Shown: one piece after another, positions 47,796-56,564 of the stretch | How positions within the stretch are numbered: position 1 is the stretch's first letter | Layout of the letters: each line of letters starts with the position of its first letter | Assembly: GCA_964551435.1 (NCBI GenBank) | Contig: CAZKBS010000001.1 | Span: 79,565 to 143,564, forward strand | From: an uncultured Micavibrio sp. | Lineage (GTDB): Bacteria > Pseudomonadota > Alphaproteobacteria > Micavibrionales > UBA2020 | Direction: 5' to 3' | Length of the DNA stretch: 64,000 nt | The notes under the pieces: model-generated | The model's input: only the letters and a program-made list of their open reading frames with translations | What the model was told of the DNA's origin: nothing | The model's database searches: none | Program-made: the position numbers and the translations under genes

Positions 47796-48821
47796 ATGGT
47801 TTACACACCCGGCATTTCCTTCCTCGGCACGACGAATACGCAGATTTCGCGCCTGAAGCAGCTCAATACCACGCTGACCGATTTGCAGCGCCAGCTGACC
47901 ACGCAAAAAAAATACGACAACGTCAGCGGTTTTGGCGCGCAGGCCTACAGCGTGCAGAAGCTGCGCACCGACAAGGCGCAGCTGGATACCTTTCTGACCA
48001 ATATCTCGACGGTCGAAACGCGACTGCAGGTCATGTCAAGCGCTCTGCAGCAGGCATCGGACGCAGGGCGGATGATGACCGACGCTGTGAGCAATTTTTA
48101 CAAATACGGCGCCACCGATATCGAAACCGTCAGCCTTGTCGCCCGCCAGCAGCTGGATTTGATGCGCGACGTCGCCAATCTTGAAATCGACGGGCGGTAT
48201 ATGTTCGCCGGAAGCGCAACGGATGCGGAGCCGTTTTCGAACTACGGCCAGCTTGACCTCAACATGCAAAACCTTGTCACCGACTGGCAAGCGGGCACCA
48301 TCACCACAGCGCAGCTGATTACCGCGGTCAACAACCTGTCGGATACCGATGTCGGATTCAACCCCGCCCTGTCATCGACGGGCAAGGTTACCACGCAAAT
48401 CGATAAAAACCTGAACATTGATTACACCTCCGTCGCCACGGATAACGGCATGAAAGAGCTGATGCGCATGATGGCGCTGGCGGCAAACCTGCGGCCGCTC
48501 GACCTGTCGGCATCCCCGCCGGGCCCGACGCAGGCGGATATGGACCAGCTGGTCAAACATATCGTCGACAGCATCAATACCGCGACCCAGAAAACCGACC
48601 AAGGCAACGGCCAGATCGGCGTGCATCTGGCAACCATCGAATCCGTGCAGAACCAGCACCTGACCGACAGTTCGGTTTTCGACAGGATTTTGATCGAAAA
48701 AGAAAACGCCGATACGACAGAGGTTGTGGCGAAAATACAGTCGCTGCAAACGCAAATCACGTCGTCTTATGAAATCACCAGCCTTGTCAGCCAGCTGTCA
48801 CTGGTGAACTATCTGCGCTAA
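47796..48821 (+). CDS. flgL: Flagellar hook-associated protein 3 (flagellin-like)
   Basis: Follows flgK. Flagellin-type N- and C-terminal helices (C-terminus VAKIQSLQTQITSSYEITSLVSQLSLVNYL). Confidence 0.75.
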   Translation: MVYTPGISFLGTTNTQISRLKQLNTTLTDLQRQLTTQKKYDNVSGFGAQAYSVQKLRTDKAQLDTFLTNISTVETRLQVMSSALQQASDAGRMMTDAVSNFYKYGATDIETVSLVARQQLDLMRDVANLEIDGRYMFAGSATDAEPFSNYGQLDLNMQNLVTDWQAGTITTAQLITAVNNLSDTDVGFNPALSSTGKVTTQIDKNLNIDYTSVATDNGMKELMRMMALAANLRPLDLSASPPGPTQADMDQLVKHIVDSINTATQKTDQGNGQIGVHLATIESVQNQHLTDSSVFDRILIEKENADTTEVVAKIQSLQTQITSSYEITSLVSQLSLVNYLR

Positions 48822-48850
48822 ACCGCGCGGGCGCGATTTCGCCGCGAAGA

Positions 48851-50488
48851 CTATTTCGGATTGATGTTGAAGATTTTGGGGCGGCGGCGGTTGATGTTGG
48901 CAGCATCCTGCGTTTGTTCGGGCGGTTTGGGCTGCGGCGCGGTTTTCATCAAATAATGACGGTCAGACCATGTCGCGCCTTGCAGGGTTTTGAAGCCGAC
49001 CAGTTTCGGCGCGCCCTTGGTTTCAGGGTCGACCGAGCGGCAACCGTCGCGCGTGACGCGAATGGCATCGCCGTTGTCGGCCTTAATCACGCGCTGGCCC
49101 ATTTTTTCCATCGCCTCGGCGCAGGATTCGCGCAGCTTGCTGTCGCCGTGGATGGGCATGACGGTTTTGGGCTTGGCCATTTTCGCCATTTCAATCAGCT
49201 CTGGCAGGCGGGCATGCGCCTGCGCATACAGCGGCGCATCGGCGCGGGTCAAAACCTTGATACCCTTGTTTTTCAGCGTCGCCATCAGGCGCGCATGCTG
49301 GCCTTCCTGACCCGGAATCACGGGTGCGCAAAACAAAACGATATCGCGCTGCGGGTCCAGCGTCAGACCCGGATGATGCCCGTCTGCCGCGCGCGTCAGC
49401 GCCGCGCCGGGCGAACCTTGTGCGCCAGTCACGATGACCACGCTGTCGCGCGGGCGGCTTTCTTCAAAATCGCGGATGGAGCGCGGGGTCGAAAGCACGC
49501 GCACATCGACTTTTTCGCCAATCGAATCCGAGAGCGTCAAACCCGTTTGCTGAAGCGCGGAGAGCGATTGTTCATGCGACCAGCCCGATACCCAGACCGT
49601 GCGCCCCTTTTCCGCCGCAACCTTGGCGACAGAGGCGACGTTTTCCTCAAACCCGCTCATGACCGCAATCACGAAACGCTTGCCCGGATATTTTTCCATG
49701 AGATCGCGCAGCGCATCGCGCACGTCTTCTTCGGTTGTCGGCACCACGTCGCGGTCGGCGCCGGTGGAATCGAGCAAAAGAAGGTCCACCGGTTTATTGA
49801 CGATACGCTGGAATTGCTGTTCATCAAACGCAGGACCCCAAACCACCGACTGGTCGAGCTTGAAGTCGCCGGGGTTGAGCATGTTGCCTTCGGGTGTTTC
49901 GATGAAAAATCCGACCGATTGCGGCGTCGAGTGGCTGACCCAGAAAGCGGACACTTTCACGGGGCCTTCCTGCACAGGCTTGCCGGGGGCGATGGTGATA
50001 ATTTGCGGCCATTCCGACGGATCAAGGCCGGCGTTGGACAGTTCCTGTTCCAGCCGCTTCGCCGTGTAGGGCGTGGCGTAGATTTTCGGCAGCTCATACC
50101 CCATCAACAGCAGCATCGGCAGCGCATTCATGTGGTCGGAGTGGTTATGCGTCAAAAAAATCGCATCCACCGGCTGCCCCGGCTGGTGGCTGGCATCGTC
50201 GCGGCGACGGAAATGGTTGGCGTAATCGGGGATGACCGTATCGCAATCGGTGAGCGCTGGGTCTTCGAGCTGGCGCGCGTCCGACGACATCACCCCCGCG
50301 TCGAACAGAATATTCCATGTGCGTTTATCGCCATTGGCATCGGTTTCGCTATAGCTACAAAGCCCGCTGTTCATGCCGATGCGGTGTTTGTTATTCCCGC
50401 CCAGAATATGCCAGTGCAGCGACCTGCCCGAATGTCCGTCGCGATCGCCGTTATCGCCAGATGGGGGCACGGGGGGCAGAGACGTCAT
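48851..50488 (-). CDS. MBL-fold / beta-CASP RNA-metabolising hydrolase (RNase J-like)
   Basis: FLTHNHSDH (HxHxDH) and a late PIHGD motif. The 545-aa size fits RNase J. The N-terminus is divergent. Confidence 0.6.
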   Translation of the reverse strand: MTSLPPVPPSGDNGDRDGHSGRSLHWHILGGNNKHRIGMNSGLCSYSETDANGDKRTWNILFDAGVMSSDARQLEDPALTDCDTVIPDYANHFRRRDDASHQPGQPVDAIFLTHNHSDHMNALPMLLLMGYELPKIYATPYTAKRLEQELSNAGLDPSEWPQIITIAPGKPVQEGPVKVSAFWVSHSTPQSVGFFIETPEGNMLNPGDFKLDQSVVWGPAFDEQQFQRIVNKPVDLLLLDSTGADRDVVPTTEEDVRDALRDLMEKYPGKRFVIAVMSGFEENVASVAKVAAEKGRTVWVSGWSHEQSLSALQQTGLTLSDSIGEKVDVRVLSTPRSIRDFEESRPRDSVVIVTGAQGSPGAALTRAADGHHPGLTLDPQRDIVLFCAPVIPGQEGQHARLMATLKNKGIKVLTRADAPLYAQAHARLPELIEMAKMAKPKTVMPIHGDSKLRESCAEAMEKMGQRVIKADNGDAIRVTRDGCRSVDPETKGAPKLVGFKTLQGATWSDRHYLMKTAPQPKPPEQTQDAANINRRRPKIFNINPK

Positions 50489-50493
50489 GGCGC

Positions 50494-50832
50494 TTAACTC
50501 CCGCTATCCGATTTTTTACCGCCACTGCCGCGCAGCGCGGCCCCGTCCGCATAACAAACAGGAGAAGACATCTCGACCGCTTCGGCCGCGGCATCCGCAA
50601 ACGCGGCGCTGCGCGGCGTCATGCCGCAGCGCGCATCGGCAACACGCATCCAGGTCCAGAGAATTTTATCGAGAATGCGTGCATCCGGCGGAATCGCCGC
50701 ATCACAAAAGCCGGGGAGCGCCACAATCAGGCGGCGCAGGGATTCGCCATCGAGCGCGAGCCTGTCCTGTTCGGGATAGGCCGCCCAGAGGGCTTCTGCA
50801 AGACGATCCTGTTCTGACCAGGACAGTTGCAT
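50494..50832 (-). CDS. IscX (YfhJ)-like small acidic protein with a C-terminal extension
   Basis: LSWSEQDRLAEALWAAYPEQDRLALDGESLRRLIVALPGFCD...ILDKILWTWM parallels E. coli IscX ([21 protein letters not shown]...ILEAILLVWL). Confidence 0.5.
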   Translation of the reverse strand: MQLSWSEQDRLAEALWAAYPEQDRLALDGESLRRLIVALPGFCDAAIPPDARILDKILWTWMRVADARCGMTPRSAAFADAAAEAVEMSSPVCYADGAALRGSGGKKSDSGS

Positions 50833-50977
50833 CCGAAAGACTCCGGTGTTTTTTGAAACTAGGCGATGATACCAAAGCCCTGCCCCCTTGTCGATACAAC
50901 ATCGAACAAATGTTCAAGTAACTGATATCGGAAAGAAAATCTGGATGCTGCGCTACAACAAGACCGTGCGGTGTCAT

Positions 50978-51011
50978 AAAAAACCCCGCACACAAAGGAG
51001 CGGGGGTTTTT
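50978..51011 (-). terminator. Rho-independent terminator ending the four-paralog operon
   Basis: Minus strand reads aaaaaCCCCCGC-tcctttgtgt-GCGGGGtttttt, about 20 nt after the stop at 51031. Confidence 0.8.
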
Positions 51012-51030
51012 GTGAGCCGGAAAGCCGTCC

Positions 51031-52359
51031 TTACGGGGCGCGGTTGGTCGGCAGGTCTTTGCTGTCGAATTTCGGAATATTGATGTCCATATCGGAAGCA
51101 AAAGCCGCCGTTTCCATGAACACCATTTCTTCCATACGTTTGTAGAGTTCGTTCATCTGCTGCAGGCGCACGGCGTTGACCGTCCCCTGTTCACGGATGA
51201 CCTGTTCGGGGCTTTCGATCAGGCGCACGATATATTGCGGGTTATGGAAGCGGTCTTTGCTGACCGCATGCACGATTTCCGCATAGCTGGCGTCGGTCGA
51301 GGCATCCGCCGCAGGCAAACCCGAAGCCGTACGCATTTCCTGCGTATTGACCTTGCTGCCCCCGACACGCTGGCCAATCATCAGCGCCACGGCGTTATAG
51401 ATGGTGTTCTGACGTGCCGTCAGAGCGCGGCGGCGCAGCAGCGTTTGCTGACCCGCAGGCGACTGCACCACAGATTCCGGCACCGGCGGCAGGGATTTGG
51501 GCGCCAGCATGTATTTCATGACAGCATCGACGACCAACCGGTTATCGGGCGATGTCGCATCAATCGTCTGACGGTCACCCCACAGCAAGGCAGGCAAGTC
51601 GACATGACGACCGGCCAAATCACCCGGCGCGCCATCACAACCCTGACCGCCTTTGTCGGGGTCGCAGAAGCGGGTGATATATTCCTGCCAGCGTTCGTTC
51701 TGGTCGGCAGCCGTGCTGCGGCCTGCTGCAGTACCTTCCGCGTTCATCCGGCGGGGCTGGGATTGTTTTGCCAGGGCGCGGGCTGTCGCGCGCGCCATGC
51801 GCGCGGCCTTGCCAACGCCCGAACCGCCGGGGGGCGGACTGCTCGGATTGGCGTTACCCGTGGCGATCGCGTCGAACTGGCAGGCGATTTCGCTCGGCTG
51901 GTAACGGCGGAGCGCTTCAACCTGACGTCTTTGGATATCCTGCATATATTCGTTCTGGTTTTGCGCATCCATCATGGAGCCGTAAACACGGCTCTGGTCG
52001 ATTTGCGAGGCGTGCAACTGGCTGGTCATTTGCTTCAACGCCGGTTCGAAATGTTCACGCCACCACACCGACAGACCTTCGCGGATATTCTGGTCGAACT
52101 CCTCGAGGCGGGTGATGACTTCGTTTTTCGCGGTATTGGTGATTTTATCTTCGATAAAATTTTCTTCCTGTTCGATGAAATCGTTCAGGTCGTCTGCAAT
52201 ATCCTGCGCCATCTGGTTGAACGTCGAGGTCGCGGTGAAAGAGTTTTCGCACTGCGCGCGCGCAATGCCCGGCGCAAACAGCACCGGCAGGGCCAGCGCC
52301 AACGCCAACGCGGGAATAACCCCGACAGCCTTGCGTTTACTGGTTCGTCGGCAATTCAT
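51031..52359 (-). CDS. Secreted Cys-containing protein, paralog 4 of 4 (unassigned family; IcmX-like?)
   Basis: Signal peptide ...PGIARA|QCE. Shares blocks with the three upstream genes: VWWREHFEPALKQMTSQL, RFCDPDKGGQGC, STDASYAEIVHAV. Overlaps the upstream gene by 23 nt. Confidence 0.7.
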   Translation of the reverse strand: MNCRRTSKRKAVGVIPALALALALPVLFAPGIARAQCENSFTATSTFNQMAQDIADDLNDFIEQEENFIEDKITNTAKNEVITRLEEFDQNIREGLSVWWREHFEPALKQMTSQLHASQIDQSRVYGSMMDAQNQNEYMQDIQRRQVEALRRYQPSEIACQFDAIATGNANPSSPPPGGSGVGKAARMARATARALAKQSQPRRMNAEGTAAGRSTAADQNERWQEYITRFCDPDKGGQGCDGAPGDLAGRHVDLPALLWGDRQTIDATSPDNRLVVDAVMKYMLAPKSLPPVPESVVQSPAGQQTLLRRRALTARQNTIYNAVALMIGQRVGGSKVNTQEMRTASGLPAADASTDASYAEIVHAVSKDRFHNPQYIVRLIESPEQVIREQGTVNAVRLQQMNELYKRMEEMVFMETAAFASDMDINIPKFDSKDLPTNRAP

Positions 52360-53641
52360 TGCGACCCCCTCCTCTCAGAGACGTGGCTTTTCTATCCAGA
52401 ATATTACCCGCTTCGATAGCCTGTGCGGTGGCGATCTTTTCGGCCTTTTCAAACATGCGGTACAGCAGCATCAGGTTATAGGCCTGAAGGAATACTTCTT
52501 TTTGCGAAACACTGGTCGCACCATCGGTCAGGCCGACGTAGTATCCCGGATCCCAAAGCTGTTCCATGATCGCCTGGCGGATTTCACGCTCCGACGGATT
52601 GGCGGAGGCGTCGTTGATACCGACACGCTGGCGAATTTCGCGGACCTGATCCGATCCATCGGCATTCGTCGGCGCGCGTTCGGCAACGATAGAGAAACCG
52701 AGCGCGTTCACCGCGTCCATCTGCGCGAGATAGCTGCGGTTATGCTGGCGCTGCTCTTTACCGGCGGCACCGTTGAGAACGTTGTTTTCGATGGTCTCCG
52801 GCGGTTCGAAACCCGTGATGTTGTAAATCAGTTCATTGACGGCAATCGCGATATCGGGGTTGGTCATGTCGAGCGTTTCGCGGCCAAACAGCGTCACGCT
52901 GGGCATCAGGTGTGCGTTCGGGGTTGTCGCCGAGCTGCCGCCGCAGGCCGTGTTGCCGCCGTTGGCCAGATGGTCGCAGAAACGGTTGCGGTATTCTTCG
53001 AAACGGGCACGCACCACACCGCCGGGACCGTTCGCCGCGGGCGTACCGGCATTGTTGTTGGCAAGCTGGCTGGTCGTTTTCGACAGCATGTTCGTGGCCG
53101 CGCGCGTCGTGCCGCTGGCTTTGGTCAGCGGAACGGCAACCGTATCGAAACGGCAGCCTTCATCCGTCGGGCGGAAGTTTTGGCGGGCTTCAAATTCGCG
53201 GCGTTGGAAACCGCGCGCGGTTTCGGTCAGGTTACTGCTGTCAAACAGGCTGGACATCTGGCGGGCCTGATCGGTGACGCCGGCGTTCAGCTGGGTGGTC
53301 ATGGCCTTCAGCGCCTCTTCCCAGTCGCGCCAGAACTGGCGCATGCGCTGGTTGAGGGCGGTTTCCATCGCTTCAAGCGAGGCAATCAGCGCCGCGCTCG
53401 ACGCTGTGGTGGTGGCGGTGTAAAGCGCGCTCAGGGTTGTTTGCATCGCGGTAATCGCCGCCGCCTGCGCCGGAATAACCGTACCTGTCGCAATGCCCAT
53501 GGTAGAACCCGGGGCTTCGCACTGCGCGAAGGCGTCTGTGGGTTGCGCAACCGCGATTGTCGCCGCTATCGCCGCCAAAGCCCATACCGGCAGGGCTTTC
53601 CTGCGCTGTGCCTCTTGGTGGTGCTGGGGTTTCGATTTCAT
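52337..53641 (-). CDS. Secreted Cys-containing protein, paralog 3 of 4
   Basis: Signal peptide ...TDAFA|QCE. Blocks QFWRDWEEALKAMTTQL, RFCDHLANGGNTAC, SANPSEREIRQAI. gaaaggg RBS. Confidence 0.7.
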   Translation of the reverse strand: MKSKPQHHQEAQRRKALPVWALAAIAATIAVAQPTDAFAQCEAPGSTMGIATGTVIPAQAAAITAMQTTLSALYTATTTASSAALIASLEAMETALNQRMRQFWRDWEEALKAMTTQLNAGVTDQARQMSSLFDSSNLTETARGFQRREFEARQNFRPTDEGCRFDTVAVPLTKASGTTRAATNMLSKTTSQLANNNAGTPAANGPGGVVRARFEEYRNRFCDHLANGGNTACGGSSATTPNAHLMPSVTLFGRETLDMTNPDIAIAVNELIYNITGFEPPETIENNVLNGAAGKEQRQHNRSYLAQMDAVNALGFSIVAERAPTNADGSDQVREIRQRVGINDASANPSEREIRQAIMEQLWDPGYYVGLTDGATSVSQKEVFLQAYNLMLLYRMFEKAEKIATAQAIEAGNILDRKATSLRGGGRNELPTNQ

Positions 53642-53655
53642 GAAAACACCCTTTC

Positions 53656-55113
53656 CTATTGGTTCGTATTGCGCGTCAGGGCAAGACTGGGCAGCTGTAC
53701 GTCATCTGCCATCATGCCGACCTGAACCGCCAGCGCCAGCGCCTGACGTTCCAGCAGATCGTGATAGTCGCGCAGCAGCATCAGATAGAAGGTGCTGATC
53801 GCGAGTTTTTCCATTTCCACACCGGCACGTTCCATTTGCAGGCCGTTGGCGAATTTACCGCTGTTGAAACGGTCAACCGTCAGCGCGTTCAGCACTTCGC
53901 GGTAGCTGGGGTTTTCAGAAATGTCAGAGATGGGAATACCCGCTTCCTGACGCAATTCCCGAATCCACTGGCCAAGCTGCGAGCCGGGCATACGCTGGCT
54001 GAAAACATATTGCGGTACGGCGCGGATGGCGTTGTACTTCGCCAGATAGTCGCGGCGTTTGATGATGGTTTCGATACCTGCCGGCCCGCCCATGGCTGCC
54101 TCCGGTATCGGATCGACCGCAGGGCTGCCCACAAGGTTTTCCATGTTTTCACGAATGGCGCGTTCGTAAACCTGACCCGTCGTCATGGGGTTGCCATCGG
54201 GACCGATAACGGTGGTTGCGGTTGCGTCATCGACGTTGATGGTCAGCTTGTTGTAGACGAATTTGGTGATTTCGGTATCGGCGTTATAAAACTCCGGCGG
54301 GGCCGGGGTGGTACCGCAGACGTTGCCGCCACCATTCGCATTCGGGTCGCAGAAGGCCGTTTCATAGGCGCTGGTGCGATATCGCAGATAGGCGCCCTGA
54401 CCGTCCGCACCCTCTTCACCCATGACGTTGGCGCCGGTGTTGCTGGCTTTGCGCTGCCATGCACCACGCGTCGCGCGAGCGAAAGTTTTGGCGCGGCCCG
54501 CACCGCCCGTCAGACCGGCAGGCGGGCACACGTTGTCACGCACGACCCGCGCCGTTTGGGTTTCTGAGCGCATAACGGCGCTGTTGGTCTGGGTTTCATG
54601 CTCCGAGTCCATCGACGCCTGATAGCTTTTGTTCAGGTCGCTGTTGGCCGTGTTCATCTGCACGGTCATGGAGCGCAGGCCCGGGCTCAGGTTGTAGTAC
54701 CACATAGTGGACCACCAATCGATCATCTTCTTCTCGATGTCGTTTACCTTTTCGAGCAGGTTCTGCACCATACCGTCAACGTGCTGTGCCAGCCAGTTTT
54801 CAAGGAATACGGAGGTTGCGACCAGCTGGGTGTAGAAAGCATTGTAGATCGCGTTACGGACAAGGCTGGCAGTACCGGAGACTTCGCAAGGCGTAACGCA
54901 GCCTTTGCAGCAGGGACAAAGACCGCCCGCCACCGTTACCGTAGAGGCCGTTACCTGCGCCTGACAGGCGTTGTTGTAAGAGGTCATCGAGTTATAGCCG
55001 GAGGCAAAGCCAAGCGCTACCACCACAACCATCGCCAGCGACGCGGCATATGCCTTTTTCGGCAAGATCCGTTTTGCAAGGCTGCTCAGTCGTTCCTTGA
55101 TCAATGTCATCAT
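53656..55113 (-). CDS. Membrane-anchored or secreted Cys-rich protein, paralog 2 of 4
   Basis: N-terminal TM, then a Cys cluster (GLCPCCKGCVTPC). Blocks DWWSTMWYYNLSPGLRSMTVQM, AFCDPNANGGGNVC, SENPSYREVLNAL. ATGA overlap with the upstream gene. Confidence 0.7.
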   Translation of the reverse strand: MMTLIKERLSSLAKRILPKKAYAASLAMVVVVALGFASGYNSMTSYNNACQAQVTASTVTVAGGLCPCCKGCVTPCEVSGTASLVRNAIYNAFYTQLVATSVFLENWLAQHVDGMVQNLLEKVNDIEKKMIDWWSTMWYYNLSPGLRSMTVQMNTANSDLNKSYQASMDSEHETQTNSAVMRSETQTARVVRDNVCPPAGLTGGAGRAKTFARATRGAWQRKASNTGANVMGEEGADGQGAYLRYRTSAYETAFCDPNANGGGNVCGTTPAPPEFYNADTEITKFVYNKLTINVDDATATTVIGPDGNPMTTGQVYERAIRENMENLVGSPAVDPIPEAAMGGPAGIETIIKRRDYLAKYNAIRAVPQYVFSQRMPGSQLGQWIRELRQEAGIPISDISENPSYREVLNALTVDRFNSGKFANGLQMERAGVEMEKLAISTFYLMLLRDYHDLLERQALALAVQVGMMADDVQLPSLALTRNTNQ

Positions 55114-56420
55114 TGGTTCACCGGCTTGTCGTTAAGCTTGTCTTCGAATTTGGAATGTTCGCGTACGTTTTTACCGACGCGCGCCGCGAGCAGCAGCGCA
55201 TAGCGGTCAAGAAGGTCAATCTGGTCGGACATCTGCATCGCCTGCAGCGCCTGTTGCATCACGAGCTCGCGGCTGTTGTTTTCCGGCTCGTCCACCTGGT
55301 TGACGGTGTTCTGGCCGCTGCGGTAACGCTCGACCATCAGCGCGTCGAGCACTTCGTTATGGCTGGGGTTATCGCTGGAATTGGTGAGACCGGCGGCGTT
55401 ACGGATCGGCTCGATGAATTCGGCCATATCGCTACCGGGCACCCGGCGCGCGACGATATAATAAACCGCATCGAACAGCACCTGACGGCGCGCCTTGTAC
55501 GATTCGCCCTTGAGGAACATTTCCTGCCCCTCGGCACCGGTCAGCATTTCTTTCGGCACCGGCGCCATCGTGACCGGCTCGACGATGTTGGTCAGCAGAT
55601 CGTCGACAGCTTTGCGTGTCTGCGGGTTGCGCACGTCGATGGTATCTTTTTCAAAAATCTCGCCCGTCACATCAAGGTCGCGGCCAACCATCGGGCCTGC
55701 CGCCGTGCAACCTGCCGCGCCGCCGTTAACAGCGGGATCGCAATAATTGGCGACGTAGTCTTGCCATCTTTCGCCCTGATCGGCGCCCGGGCCCTTAGCG
55801 GCAGCCGTACCCTCACGCGCGCCGGAGCGGTTGAGACGCTCACGCGGCGCCGCGGTGCCATAGGCACGGCGCACGTTGGCCGCACGCGCCATACCGCCTG
55901 CGGTGGTTGCGCCAACGCAAACGGTTTCACTCGGCCGCATCGCGCGGTGTGTTTCGATTTCAGTCCCCATCAGCGCCATGTTGGTGCGGTTGGCGTCCAT
56001 GCTGTCGGTGAATTGACCAATCAGGTTCGACTGATCCGCATCGGCGGTGTTGAGCTGTACGGTCATCGCCTGCATCGCGGGGCGCAGGTTATACAGCCAG
56101 AAAGTATCGAACCAGTCGTTGAGGTTTTTGCCGACTTCGAGAATTTTTGCCGCAACCGCCATATCAAACGCGATCATCGCCTCGGTAAATTTGGCGGTGA
56201 TCATTGTGGTTGCAATGGCGATGCCGGGAATAGTCGTTGTCGTGTTGACAAGGTTGATCGCAACGCCCATACCGCCCGCAGCATACGTGCAAAGACTGCA
56301 CGCGCACTGCGCTTGCGATTTGCAGGATGTCGCCACGTTAAGAGAAAGATAGCCCGCCGCCATAAAGGCGCAGATGCCAACAACGGCGAGGATTTTCTTG
56401 ATCGAGCCGAAAAGAGACAT
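55110..56420 (-). CDS. Membrane-anchored or secreted Cys-rich protein, paralog 1 of 4
   Basis: N-terminal TM, then SCKSQAQCACSLC. Blocks DWFDTFWLYNLRPAMQAMTVQL, NYCDPAVNGGAAGC, SDNPSHNEVLDAL. Start could be ATG 56420 or GTG 56459. Confidence 0.7.
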   Translation of the reverse strand: MSLFGSIKKILAVVGICAFMAAGYLSLNVATSCKSQAQCACSLCTYAAGGMGVAINLVNTTTTIPGIAIATTMITAKFTEAMIAFDMAVAAKILEVGKNLNDWFDTFWLYNLRPAMQAMTVQLNTADADQSNLIGQFTDSMDANRTNMALMGTEIETHRAMRPSETVCVGATTAGGMARAANVRRAYGTAAPRERLNRSGAREGTAAAKGPGADQGERWQDYVANYCDPAVNGGAAGCTAAGPMVGRDLDVTGEIFEKDTIDVRNPQTRKAVDDLLTNIVEPVTMAPVPKEMLTGAEGQEMFLKGESYKARRQVLFDAVYYIVARRVPGSDMAEFIEPIRNAAGLTNSSDNPSHNEVLDALMVERYRSGQNTVNQVDEPENNSRELVMQQALQAMQMSDQIDLLDRYALLLAARVGKNVREHSKFEDKLNDKPVNQ

Positions 56421-56479
56421 ATCCAGAAATACCCCCGTCAGACGCGCCCCGATCGTCACCGGAATCGCTGGTTGACACT

Positions 56480-56540
56480 AAACTTATTCTTTCATTCTAT
56501 CACATTTATCTAAAATGTGATATATTTCAAAAATAAGTTT
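56480..56540. promoter_or_regulatory. Nested inverted repeat in the AT-rich region upstream of the four-paralog operon
   Basis: Outer arms AAACTTATT / AATAAGTTT (56480-88 / 56532-40). Inner arms ATCACATTT-atcta-AAATGTGAT (56499-56521). Confidence 0.5.
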
Positions 56541-56564
56541 GTATTTCAGATATTTACGAAACGA

